Source of the DNA: Candidatus Micrarchaeota archaeon
Lineage (GTDB): Archaea; Micrarchaeota; Micrarchaeia; Anstonellales; Bilamarchaeaceae
Assembly (NCBI GenBank): GCA_038046805.1
Contig: JBBSVO010000007.1
Span: 1 to 64,000, forward strand
DNA length: 64,000 nt
Reading direction: 5' to 3'
Position numbers and translations under genes: made by a program. The notes under the pieces are model-generated. The model saw nothing but the letters and a program-made list of their open reading frames with translations, was not told the origin of the DNA and did not search any database. The number at the start of each line of letters is the position of its first letter. Position 1 is the first letter of the stretch. Below are positions 48,153-58,192 of the stretch, piece after piece.

Positions 48153-50618
48153 ATGGCGCTAATCAAAAGCAGGGCTTATTTTCTAGACGCGGATTACGTT
48201 TTCCGTAAAGGAGAAACATATCTGCGGCTTCTTATGAAGGGAAAACGAACATTTCGGCTTTATATGCGCTATGACCCGTATTTTTACGTTGATGCACCTC
48301 ACTCAGCAAAGGAAACGCTTGCAAAGCTTACTGCAAGGACAAAAATCGGGGAAACCGTGAAGGTTCTAAGAGTTGAGGAATGCGAACGGACTGTGCTTTG
48401 CGAACGGAAAAAGATATTTAAGGTGTTCGCCAGCCATCCGCAACACGTTCCTGCATTGAAGGGAGCTGTCCCTTACCCGTGTTTTGAATACAATATCCCA
48501 TTTGCAAAACGAGCAATAATTGACCTGAAACTCGTTCCGTTTTCGCTTGTTGAGTATAAACGCGAGAGGCGGATAATCAAGGAAATTATTAAGATAACCC
48601 AGGCTGAAAAACCACCAGCACTGACCAGGATGGCCTTTGATATTGAAACATACAATCCCCTTGGTGCTCCGCGAATGGATAAAGATCCGATAATCATGAT
48701 AAGTTATGAAACAGAAGTTGATGGAAAAACAGAACGAGGGGTCATTTCAACAAAGGATTTCAATAAGGAATACGCGATTCTATGTAAGGATGAAAAAGAA
48801 ATGCTTGAAAAATTCTCGGAAATAGTCCAACGTGTGGACCCGGACGTTCTTTATGGGTACAATTCTGCTAATTTTGATCTTACATATATGCTTGAACGGG
48901 AAAAAGCGGTGCGGGCTAAGTTAAACATCGGACGCGGAAAGGGAAAAATAACTCCTATAAAACGAGGCATGGTAGCCGGAATGCGAGTAGAGGGGAGAAT
49001 ACATTTCGATATTTATCCAACAGTCAGATTCTTCGGATTTATAGGTCTTGTGAAAACCGGTAGATTCACGCTCGAGGCAGTTTACGCAGAAATGAGCGGA
49101 AAAAAGAAAAAAATGGTTAAGCGAGCGGAGATTTGGGAGATGTGGGACAGAAACGAATTGGAGGAACTCGCAGATTATTCAATGAACGATGCCAAGGCAA
49201 CTCTGGAAATAGGAGATAAGGTACTACCACTTCAAACCGAAATGGCAACGATAGCAAAGATGCCACTTTTTGACGTTACCTTGTCTACGAGCGGCCAGTT
49301 GGTTGAAAGCCTTCTTATGTTCAATGCAAATACAAGAGAAGAAATCGTACCGAACAGGCCAAACGACGCAGTGATAAAGGAAAGAGATTTGAGTCCGATA
49401 CAGGGGGCATTTGTCAAACTTCCGGAACCAGGAATTTATGAGAATATCGCAGTTATGGACTTCCGCGGACTGTACCCCTCGATAATTGTTTCGTATAATA
49501 TCGATCCGTTCACGGTAATCAAAACAGGAAACAAAAAAGCCGGGACTCCAGACTCTAGACTCGAAACGGAATCCGGAGCGCATGAAGCTCCAACCGGAGT
49601 GCGGTTCTCAAAAAAGAAAATTGGGATGATACCCGAAACGCTCGAATGGTTGGTGGAATTCCGTTCTAAGATAAAAAAGGAGATAAAAAAACATAAACCA
49701 GATACTCTGGAATATATACATCTGTCGGCAAGGTCGCATGCGCTAAAGATTCTTGCAAACAGCTTCTATGGATATATGCTTTATTCCCGCTCAAGGTGGT
49801 ATAGCAGGGAATGCGGGGAAAGCGTTACTGCATTAGGAAGGATGCATATTCAAAATACTATACAAATGGCTGAGAAAGTGGGGTTTAGTGTTTTATATGG
49901 AGACACTGATTCGATCTTCCTCCTGCTCGGGAACAAGCCAAAGGATTCCGCAACTGAATTTATGGAAAAAATAAATAAATCGCTTCCGGGAAACATGGAA
50001 CTCGAATTAGAGGGATTTTATCCGCGTGGAGTATTTGTAGGTAAAAAGGGGGAAGAACGCGGGGCAAAGAAAAAATATGCAATGATTGGAGAAGATGGAA
50101 GAATAAAAATACGCGGATTCGAACTGGTTAGGCGAGACTGGTCGCAGGTTGCAAAGGAAACCCAGCGCATGGTTCTTGAGGCAATTCTCAAGGAAGGCAG
50201 CAAGGAAAAGGCAGTGAAAATCGTGCGTGAAGCCGTGGAGCGGTTGAAAAGCGGAAAGGTTCCACTGGAAGAATTGGCGATAACGACCCAGCTTAACAAA
50301 GCACCTGGAAAATATGAGGTAACCAGCCCGGAACTTGCAGCAGCAGAAAAGGCAGCAAAACGAGGGGTTCCGATTGAAAAGGGAAGCGTGATTCAGTATG
50401 TGATAGTGAAAACTGGGAAAACAACAAAAGCATCATCTGCGCCCATATCCGAAAGAGCAGAACCAGTTGATTTTGTGAAGGAGGGGGATTACGACGCAGA
50501 TTATTATATAAACAATCAGGTATTACCTTCAGTTATGAAAATCCTGAAAGAATTGGGATATAGTGAGTATGACCTCAAGATTGGTGGAAAACAAAAGAGT
50601 TTATTAAGTTTTGAATAG
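48153..50618 (+). CDS. polB: Family B DNA polymerase
   Basis: FDIET, GYNSANFD, DFRGLYPSII, KILANSFYG, YGDTDS; C-terminal PIP-box QKSLLSF; no intein seen. Confidence 0.98.
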   Translation: MALIKSRAYFLDADYVFRKGETYLRLLMKGKRTFRLYMRYDPYFYVDAPHSAKETLAKLTARTKIGETVKVLRVEECERTVLCERKKIFKVFASHPQHVPALKGAVPYPCFEYNIPFAKRAIIDLKLVPFSLVEYKRERRIIKEIIKITQAEKPPALTRMAFDIETYNPLGAPRMDKDPIIMISYETEVDGKTERGVISTKDFNKEYAILCKDEKEMLEKFSEIVQRVDPDVLYGYNSANFDLTYMLEREKAVRAKLNIGRGKGKITPIKRGMVAGMRVEGRIHFDIYPTVRFFGFIGLVKTGRFTLEAVYAEMSGKKKKMVKRAEIWEMWDRNELEELADYSMNDAKATLEIGDKVLPLQTEMATIAKMPLFDVTLSTSGQLVESLLMFNANTREEIVPNRPNDAVIKERDLSPIQGAFVKLPEPGIYENIAVMDFRGLYPSIIVSYNIDPFTVIKTGNKKAGTPDSRLETESGAHEAPTGVRFSKKKIGMIPETLEWLVEFRSKIKKEIKKHKPDTLEYIHLSARSHALKILANSFYGYMLYSRSRWYSRECGESVTALGRMHIQNTIQMAEKVGFSVLYGDTDSIFLLLGNKPKDSATEFMEKINKSLPGNMELELEGFYPRGVFVGKKGEERGAKKKYAMIGEDGRIKIRGFELVRRDWSQVAKETQRMVLEAILKEGSKEKAVKIVREAVERLKSGKVPLEELAITTQLNKAPGKYEVTSPELAAAEKAAKRGVPIEKGSVIQYVIVKTGKTTKASSAPISERAEPVDFVKEGDYDADYYINNQVLPSVMKILKELGYSEYDLKIGGKQKSLLSFE

Positions 50619-51120
50619 TATACTGAACCATATATGTAATTCCGATTTACGGTTTTTGGTTTTACATCGTTGGTTCAGTATAGATCGAGACGAGAAAACA
50701 TTCTTGTCTCGGGATATTACATTTACACTGGGTGTTATATTGACAACAAGATCCGCACAAAAAATTCTCGAAGGAGGGAAAAAGAAACCAGAAGAAACAG
50801 AATCCGTTCTGTCAAAAATAAACGAACTTATTACGCTTGCGGTTGAAAAAGGGCGAGGACCAACTGCTGTGACTGGCCATAGATACAGCGAGTATCTAAA
50901 AGGACTGGAAAACTCCGGGGAAGCGGAAAGGCGAAGAAAAAGACCAAAGGATGAAATCCCGGTATTGGTCAAAAAAGCCGATGAAAAACATCACGTACCA
51001 AAGAGCGCAGTTGTTCCGGTTCCGATAACAGAGGAAGCGCTAAAGGCAACTTATTCGCTCACTGCGGCACTAGATAAGGCGAAAAATGGAAGCTCGAAGA
51101 AATTGGAATGGCTTGTATAG
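50611..51120 (+). CDS. Hypothetical protein
   Basis: ORF up to 169 aa; true start probably later. Confidence 0.5.
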   Translation: MNSILNHICNSDLRFLVLHRWFSIDRDEKTFLSRDITFTLGVILTTRSAQKILEGGKKKPEETESVLSKINELITLAVEKGRGPTAVTGHRYSEYLKGLENSGEAERRRKRPKDEIPVLVKKADEKHHVPKSAVVPVPITEEALKATYSLTAALDKAKNGSSKKLEWLV

Positions 51121-51156
51121 AAAATACGGGAAGAAATTGGAAACGACATACAGAGA

Positions 51157-51525
51157 TTGGAAATGAGTGAGATTATGATGGACCTATTTCAAAAATTCGA
51201 TGTTAAACACAAGGAAAAAATCGTTTCCTCATGGAAAGGAATGAGCGAAACTGATAAAACCCATTTCATAAACCAGGTCTCAATCTGCCTGAGTGTATGG
51301 GGAAGCGACGAACTTGGAAAGCAAATTGTCGTGGATGTTCTTGGACGGCTTGTTTCAAACGGTTCTACCAGCCTTTCGGATTTTGGGCTTTATGCAGAGG
51401 CATCTCTTGAGAATAGCATGTTTGCGATACGATCTGAAAAAATAAGAAGAGCTTCACTTATTGTTGAAGGATACAGAATAAAAAACGGGCTTGCGTCCGA
51501 GCCGCACAAGGAACTAAGGTTCTAA
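51157..51525 (+). CDS. Hypothetical protein
   Basis: 122-aa ORF with globular-looking composition. Confidence 0.65.
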   Translation: MEMSEIMMDLFQKFDVKHKEKIVSSWKGMSETDKTHFINQVSICLSVWGSDELGKQIVVDVLGRLVSNGSTSLSDFGLYAEASLENSMFAIRSEKIRRASLIVEGYRIKNGLASEPHKELRF

Positions 51526-51631
51526 AACGGGGTTCTGATTTTATAGCGAACCTGATAACGGTTCGCTATCTATCAAACCCAAAGGTCACAAATGCATTAC
51601 ATATCCGAATTACTTTCCGGGTTTGATATAA

Positions 51632-52825
51632 ATGGATAAGGAAAAACTGGATAAACTATTAGCTGAGGGTGCGAAACTTCTTGCAAAAAGCGGAAAAACC
51701 GTGAAACGATTTGCGATTTCCACTCTTATTCCTGAAAAATGGCTTATCGATGAGGAAAATGAATGGGATGTAAGGCTTGATGGAAAAAGTGAATCTGTGA
51801 AGAACCAGCTCAACCGCGAAATCTCCGAATTTCTTGAGAAAAAAACCAAAAAGGAGTATTCTCCAAGCGATGCGGACGTGCGCGTGGTATTTGATTTAAG
51901 CGGAACAAAAAATCCTGTGAAAATTGAATTTGAGCCGCTGTTTGTTTTCGGAAGATACAAAAAACTCATTCCTGAAATTTCCCAAAGCAGGTGGATTTGC
52001 AGCAAATGCGAAGGAGATGGATGTTTTAAATGCGACTGGAAGGGAAAGTTTTATGAGTCGGTCGAAGAATTTATCGGAGATCCGCTGAAGGAAGCCTGCA
52101 AGGCAAAGGATTACGCGCTTCATGCAAGCGGACGGGAAGATACTGACGTAGTTAATCTTGCCGGAAGACCGTTCGTGCTCGAACTAAAGGCGGTGAAAAA
52201 TCATTCCCCGGATTTGAAAAAAATTGCGGAAAAAATAAACAAACCAAAAAAGGTAAGCGTTTCTGATTTGAAGATTGTAAAGCGCGGATTTGTTGAAGCG
52301 GTTACAGAGTCCCATTTTGACAAGGAGTATACTGCAGAAGTGGAGTTTGAGAAAGAAGTGACCGAAGAGGAATTGGCGAAGATAGCCGGATTGAAAGGCG
52401 TTGTCATTGAACAACAAACCCCCAAACGCGTTATGCACAGACGCGCAGATTTAGTGCGGAAAAGAAAAATCGTTGAATTAAAGATTTTGAACCGCTCGGA
52501 CGACGGAAAAACCACGAAGGTTGCTATAACCGCAGAGGCCGGAACTTACATCAAGGAGCTAATCAATGGAGACGGGGGCCGAACAAAGCCCAGCTTTGCA
52601 GGGATTCTCGGTTTCGGAGCCAAATGCAAAAAACTTATTGTTTCAAGAATTTATGACGAGTTTTTGGATGTTATACTTAGAACTGAAAGTATTCCAAAAG
52701 GAGATAGTGAAGGAGAGTATAGCCGTGCTTTCAGAGATTCACTTGCAAGATCACGACAGGATGCAAAAAATGGTAGGACACATGATATAGAGGAAGTAAA
52801 GAAAAAACTGATTAAGAAAAAATAG
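51632..52825 (+). CDS. pus10: tRNA pseudouridine(54/55) synthase Pus10 with a foreign C-terminal tail
   Basis: GRYKKL...SQSRW, HASGREDTDV, GRPFVLE, QQTPKRVMHRRAD, AGTYIKELI.GD.GRT.PS. Confidence 0.96.
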   Translation: MDKEKLDKLLAEGAKLLAKSGKTVKRFAISTLIPEKWLIDEENEWDVRLDGKSESVKNQLNREISEFLEKKTKKEYSPSDADVRVVFDLSGTKNPVKIEFEPLFVFGRYKKLIPEISQSRWICSKCEGDGCFKCDWKGKFYESVEEFIGDPLKEACKAKDYALHASGREDTDVVNLAGRPFVLELKAVKNHSPDLKKIAEKINKPKKVSVSDLKIVKRGFVEAVTESHFDKEYTAEVEFEKEVTEEELAKIAGLKGVVIEQQTPKRVMHRRADLVRKRKIVELKILNRSDDGKTTKVAITAEAGTYIKELINGDGGRTKPSFAGILGFGAKCKKLIVSRIYDEFLDVILRTESIPKGDSEGEYSRAFRDSLARSRQDAKNGRTHDIEEVKKKLIKKK

Positions 52826-52869
52826 TTTTCGTACAGTCGCTCGGCCACAGGAAAAATATTTACAAATGA
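52675..52869 (+). pseudogene. Relic of a RelBE-type toxin-antitoxin module
   Basis: Antitoxin-like SRQDAKNGRTHDIEEVKKKL in the Pus10 frame, then RelE-like end EKIVFVQSLGHRKNIYK* (52816-69) in another frame; flanked by 22-bp direct repeats. Confidence 0.65.
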
Positions 52870-53102
52870 CGAGTTTTTGGATGTTATCTTGGATTATGTG
52901 GATTATTGCTTCATGCCGTGCGCATTTAAACCCCCGCAATTAAATCTGCTATCTTCCAAATATTTCCTAAATTCTTTTACTGCCGGGCAGCCAATGAATA
53001 AGCAAACAACGTCTTCTGCCGAATAGCCTTACGATACATTTTAAAGGATTTGTCGGCAAGGTTTTGGTATTCTCTCATGACGAGACGAAACGAGGTCAAA
53101 AT

Positions 53103-54929
53103 ATGGTAGATCTTATATGGAAAATGGGTGCGCAGGCAGGAGAAGGCGCAATGGTTACTGGCAGGACTCTTGGAAAAACATTCACGCGAGGCGGGCTTAA
53201 TGTTATTGGATATCCTGAATACCCATCACTTATTAGAGGGGGACATAATACTTACCAGATTCGCGTAAGCGATGCACATATCAATTCCCCGCTCCAAAAA
53301 ATACATATTGTAGTTGCATTGAACAAAGAGGCAGTCTATTTCCATCATGCGAACATGCACGAAGGTGCGGCTCTTATTTATGATGAAACTTTAGACATTT
53401 CAAAATATCCGATTCGTGCGGACATAAGAAAATGCCCATTGCCATTCGCAAAAATAGTAGCTGAACTAAAGGCATTGCCGCAGATGAAGAACACGATTGC
53501 GCTTGGTGCAACGCTTGCATTGATTGATTATCCGTTTGAAAAACTGGAATCCGTGCTTGCAGATGAATTCAAGAGAAAGGGGGAAGAAGTAATAAGGCAA
53601 AACATTGCTGTTGCACGTGCTGGCTATGACCATGCAAAAACTCATTTTAACTGCGGAACATTCAAAGTTAAGGTAAAGCCTGTTTCCGACAAACGCAAAA
53701 TCCTTATTGGTGGCAATGAAGCGGTCGGAATGGGCGCGATAAAGGCTGGATTGAAACTGTTCGCATCCTACCCGATGACTCCGGCATCTACACTTATGCA
53801 TTATATCGCGGAAAAAGAACATGAATTCGGAATCGTGATGAAGCATACAGAAGACGAAATTGCAGCAATGAATTATACTGTTGGCGCGGGTTTCGCGGGT
53901 GTGCGGGCCATGTGTAGCACGTCTGGAGGTGGATTTTCATTAAAAGTGGAAGCAATCGGACTTGCGGCAGAAAGTGAAACACCGGTAGTGGTATATCTTG
54001 CGCAAAGGGTTGGTCCAAGCACTGGAATGCCTACATGGACTGAGCAAGCAGATTTGAGATTCGCAGTGCACGCATCACAGGGAGAATTTTTACGAGTGGT
54101 TCTTGCACCCGGAGATGTTAATGAAAGCTTTTCCCTTGCATGGAAGGCGTTTAACATCGCGGAAAAATATCAAATTCCAGTTATTATTATGAGTGATAAA
54201 TTCCTCGGAGAAACCCATTTCTCAACAGACAGATTTGATGAAAGCCAGGTTCGCATTGAACGCGGGAAGATTGCAAAAAATCTCAAAACGCTTCCGCAGG
54301 GCGGGCGGTTCAAAAGATATCTACTTACAAAGGATGGAGTAAGTCCGCGCGCATTTCCAGGAGAGCCGAATGGGATGCATGTTTCAAGCTCTTATGAACA
54401 TGATGAGACCGGATTCAGTTCTGAAAATTTCCAGATGCGGGCCAATATGGTGGACAAACGGGCAAGGAAAATAAAACAATTGCTAGCTGAAGATATTGAA
54501 CCACCCGGAATTTATGGAGAATCGATGCAGCATTCGGATATTACCATTGTTTGTTGGGGCTCGCAAAAACTTCCGGCTTTGGATGCGCTTCCGATATTAA
54601 AAGCGGGTGGGATAAAAGCGAACGTAGTCCATTTCGGATTTGTTTATCCGCTTGATGCGAAGAAGGTTAAAGCATTGCTCAGGGGTGCGAAACGAACCGT
54701 TATCGTTGAGAATAATTCCACAGGCCAGTTCGCAGGCATTCTCAGGGAGTATACCGGATTCAAGCCGGATTTCAAGATGCTCAAATACGATGGAAGGCAG
54801 TTTTTCCCAGAGCAGATTGCTGAGGAGATAAAGAAATTGTATGATAATGCTTGGAAGGGAAAGAAGGAGATACGAGTAGTGGAAAAAGAAGATGTGGACT
54901 ATTATTATCCCGGACATTATCCGATATAA
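53103..54929 (+). CDS. korA: 2-oxoacid:ferredoxin oxidoreductase alpha subunit
   Basis: EYPSLIRGGHN, YPMTPAS, EDEIAA, TSGGGFSL, QRVGPSTGMPT. Confidence 0.96.
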   Translation: MVDLIWKMGAQAGEGAMVTGRTLGKTFTRGGLNVIGYPEYPSLIRGGHNTYQIRVSDAHINSPLQKIHIVVALNKEAVYFHHANMHEGAALIYDETLDISKYPIRADIRKCPLPFAKIVAELKALPQMKNTIALGATLALIDYPFEKLESVLADEFKRKGEEVIRQNIAVARAGYDHAKTHFNCGTFKVKVKPVSDKRKILIGGNEAVGMGAIKAGLKLFASYPMTPASTLMHYIAEKEHEFGIVMKHTEDEIAAMNYTVGAGFAGVRAMCSTSGGGFSLKVEAIGLAAESETPVVVYLAQRVGPSTGMPTWTEQADLRFAVHASQGEFLRVVLAPGDVNESFSLAWKAFNIAEKYQIPVIIMSDKFLGETHFSTDRFDESQVRIERGKIAKNLKTLPQGGRFKRYLLTKDGVSPRAFPGEPNGMHVSSSYEHDETGFSSENFQMRANMVDKRARKIKQLLAEDIEPPGIYGESMQHSDITIVCWGSQKLPALDALPILKAGGIKANVVHFGFVYPLDAKKVKALLRGAKRTVIVENNSTGQFAGILREYTGFKPDFKMLKYDGRQFFPEQIAEEIKKLYDNAWKGKKEIRVVEKEDVDYYYPGHYPI

Positions 54930-54950
54930 ATCAGATTATGCGAGGTGTTT

Positions 54951-55823
54951 ATGATGACAACAATCAACGAAATAACGTGTAATGAAAAACCGCAATGGTG
55001 TGTTGGATGCGGTGACTTTTCCGTATTAATGGGTGTAAAGACTGCACTTGCAGAACTCGGGCTTCCGCAGCACGAAACGGTTCTCGTAAGTGGAATAGGC
55101 TGCTGCTCAAAATCGCCCCATTATGTTAATACGTATGGATTTGAATCGCTTCATGGTCGCTCGCTTCCGGTTGCATCCGCGATAAAACTGGCGAATAACA
55201 AACTTAGCGTAATTGCAATTAGCGGGGATGGGGACGGATATGGCATAGGGGTCCAGCACTTTATCCATATCGGAAGACGAAATTTCGACCTTACTTATAT
55301 CGTCTGTGATAACCAGCTTTATGGTTTGACTACAGGTCAGGCATCACCAACAACAATAAAGGGAGTGAAAAGCAAATCAACCCCGCACGGAGTCATAGAA
55401 ACGCAGTTCAATCCAATTGCATCTGCGATAGTGAATGGGGCGACTTATGTTGCAAGGGCATATGCCGGTGACCTAAAGCACATGACGGAAATAATCAAAG
55501 GTGCGATAACCCATCGGGGATTTGCATTGGTTGATATTTTCCAGCCGTGCGTCACATTTAACAAATTGAATACTTACCAGTGGTTCCAGGAAAGGGTTTA
55601 CAAACTTGAAGACTCCGGACACAAAACAGATGACAAGCTGGCAGCGTTAACCAAGGCATGGGAGGAAACCAATAGCGAATACAAGAAAGTTCCGATAGGA
55701 GTATTCTACAAAGAGAACCGCCCGACGTACGAAGACGAGCTTCCGCAATTAAAGGAAAAACCGCTTGTTCAGCACGATATTTCAAAGGTGGATATCAGCA
55801 AGGCGTATGCGGAGTTTGAGTAG
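54951..55823 (+). CDS. korB: 2-oxoacid:ferredoxin oxidoreductase beta subunit
   Basis: WCVGCGDF, SGIGC, LHGR, GDGD, YGLTTGQASPT, QPCVTFN. Confidence 0.96.
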   Translation: MMTTINEITCNEKPQWCVGCGDFSVLMGVKTALAELGLPQHETVLVSGIGCCSKSPHYVNTYGFESLHGRSLPVASAIKLANNKLSVIAISGDGDGYGIGVQHFIHIGRRNFDLTYIVCDNQLYGLTTGQASPTTIKGVKSKSTPHGVIETQFNPIASAIVNGATYVARAYAGDLKHMTEIIKGAITHRGFALVDIFQPCVTFNKLNTYQWFQERVYKLEDSGHKTDDKLAALTKAWEETNSEYKKVPIGVFYKENRPTYEDELPQLKEKPLVQHDISKVDISKAYAEFE

Positions 55824-55978
55824 ATATCCGATGCTTGCTATTGACTAAACCTACATTTTGTAAAATTATTTTACAGAATGATATGCATCTTGTTCAATGA
55901 TTTGATAGAATGGTTGTATAGCAGAAATTTTATCCCACCATAATCCATTTTTAAGCATTTCTATGAATTATCTATTGT

Positions 55979-57475
55979 ATGCAAACAGAAGAAGAAAAGA
56001 AACCCGTACTGCTTTTTATCGAAGATGATGACCACACCCGCGAAAAGTGGGCAAAGGAATTTGCACAAAACAACTTTAGACTGTTTAGAGTGATTACTAC
56101 CGCTAATATCCGGGAAGCAGCCGGGATAATGAAAAAAGAAAAAATAGACGTAGTGGTAACCGATCTTATGTGGGGCGGGCCTTTAGGTGAATATTTTGAG
56201 TCTTTTCTTAGAATTTGTGTGGATATGGAGATTGCAACTATTCTGATGACTGGTGCAAGACAATATGAACGACCCGATATGCCTGGTGTGTGGATTGTTG
56301 AAAAACCTGCCGACCCAGAAATGGTTTATTTTGAAATATGCCGTGCCAGATTAGAGATAACCGAAAGGAAAGTTGAACGATGTAAGGAAATGAAAATTGT
56401 TATTATTGACGATGAGGAAGAGAACCGGAAGATGATGGTTGAGGACGTTTTTGGCTGCCGTGGATTCAAGAATGTCACTGCGTGCAGAGGCATTGATGAA
56501 GCGAGCGAAGAAATGAAAAAGGGACCGCCAGACATACTAATTACAGACATTGTTGGCTTTAGCGGCCGGCAGAATTTCGAATGCTTGATAACGAGGTGTC
56601 TTGGAATTGGAATCAAAGTTATCTTCTTTACTGGCGCATACTGGGAGGATATTCCAAAGATTGAGGGTGTCAGGATTCTTATTAAACCCGTAGGAAATAG
56701 AGAGATTTTTGACGCAATAGATGAAGCAAGAAAGGAATTGGAAGGTGCAAAAGCAAATACGGCACCTGAAGACCAGAGATTAAAGCTTGTTTACATAGAA
56801 GATTTTGAGCCCCACAAGAAAAAGGCCGTTGCAAAGCTTAGACAACATGGTTTTGACATAGTGGCAGCATATAGTAACATTAGCGAAGCACTCGGAGTAA
56901 TTGCAAGAAAGGAAGTAGACGTAATAGTTACAGACATCTGTGGAATAGGGAGCGAGGGACGGGCTCTTGAAGATTTTTTGTATCGGTGTGCAAAGAAAAA
57001 TATCGCAGTAATTGTATATACTGGTGCAGATTGGATTAATGTTCCGAACGTCAGAGGGGTCAAACGAGTCATGAAACCAGAATTTGATAAAATCTACGAT
57101 GCAATAGATAAAGCAAGAACTGAGTTGGGAGATGCAACGACAAAACGAAGAATGACAAAAGAAACCCGCGAAGCAATCCACAGGCTTGCTAACCCAGAAT
57201 GGCACATTTCCACGCCCACGGTTAAGTGGCTGGAAAGAATATTCGAAAATCCTGACTCAACTGCTGTTGAAAAAGCAATTGCAATGACTAGTTTGGAAAC
57301 TGATGTTCTCAGAAGGGAACTGAAAGAAGGCACCGAAAATGGGAACTGGCCAAGAAGAAAGATGGATGAGTATTTTGACAGATACCGGGAGCTCACTGGA
57401 AAGCTAAGGGCCCTGAGAAGAAAGGCGGAAACAAACCCGCACTGTGGTCGCATCAAGACAGTTCTGAAGTGCTGA
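55979..57475 (+). CDS. Protein with three tandem receiver (REC)-like domains
   Basis: Three repeats of hhhhED/DD...TD...TGA...KP, followed by a helical tail. Confidence 0.8.
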   Translation: MQTEEEKKPVLLFIEDDDHTREKWAKEFAQNNFRLFRVITTANIREAAGIMKKEKIDVVVTDLMWGGPLGEYFESFLRICVDMEIATILMTGARQYERPDMPGVWIVEKPADPEMVYFEICRARLEITERKVERCKEMKIVIIDDEEENRKMMVEDVFGCRGFKNVTACRGIDEASEEMKKGPPDILITDIVGFSGRQNFECLITRCLGIGIKVIFFTGAYWEDIPKIEGVRILIKPVGNREIFDAIDEARKELEGAKANTAPEDQRLKLVYIEDFEPHKKKAVAKLRQHGFDIVAAYSNISEALGVIARKEVDVIVTDICGIGSEGRALEDFLYRCAKKNIAVIVYTGADWINVPNVRGVKRVMKPEFDKIYDAIDKARTELGDATTKRRMTKETREAIHRLANPEWHISTPTVKWLERIFENPDSTAVEKAIAMTSLETDVLRRELKEGTENGNWPRRKMDEYFDRYRELTGKLRALRRKAETNPHCGRIKTVLKC

Positions 57476-57535
57476 TTAGTTGCGCACACAATCATTTTTA
57501 AACACTACGCAGTATCTTATCTCTGGGGTGGAAGT

Positions 57536-58015
57536 ATGACAAACGCGCTTGCACGTAAAAGTATTGATTCTGGAATGAATGCTCGTTTTAGGGAAAGAAG
57601 TCTTACAGATAGATTACAGATAAAACCTGCCTCAATAGCAGCTAAACAAAGGAACGAGGCTAGGGAACGTGCGAGAGAGGTAAAAAGATTAGTGAGTGAT
57701 GCCAATAGCCTAGAAAGACGTAGGCGAAGTGCGGCTATTCAAAGACTAAGTACAATGGTAAACGAATTAACCAACCAAGAGGCATTGGAGATTGTTGCAC
57801 TTAATGCTAGGGATAGGACTACAAGAGTGGATGTGGTTGGAATGATTCGGGATAGATTTAGATTGGTCACCATTGCGACCAGTTCACTAGATGACAATGT
57901 TAAGGAGGCTGCGAGCAAAAGAATTCAAATAATGGAACGAAGAAGGCCTACCGAGTTTGACGGATTTGATGCTCTGGGTTCCATTAAATATGGTGGAGCA
58001 GTGGGAGAGATATAA
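57536..58015 (+). CDS. Hypothetical protein with short HEAT-like repeats
   Basis: L..VA.NA.D...R and L.TIA.SS.D..VKEAA units. Confidence 0.65.
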   Translation: MTNALARKSIDSGMNARFRERSLTDRLQIKPASIAAKQRNEARERAREVKRLVSDANSLERRRRSAAIQRLSTMVNELTNQEALEIVALNARDRTTRVDVVGMIRDRFRLVTIATSSLDDNVKEAASKRIQIMERRRPTEFDGFDALGSIKYGGAVGEI

Positions 58016-58192
58016 ACAAAATCCACATCCAGTTTTCCCTATCTTTATTTCGGTATATACCCACATCTTGTTCAATGTTTCGACAAGATGATATGATTTT
58101 TTAAACTGGTATTCAAAATTTTAAACTTGTTTTCAAAAACCGAGAGAGAAAAGCCTTAAACAACCTTTCCGCCTAATTCTGATTGATAGCAG

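Noticed and set aside
48153..50618. Intein in PolB
   Set aside because: Length is normal and there are no intein terminal motifs. The only oddity is the short heptamer-coded loop.
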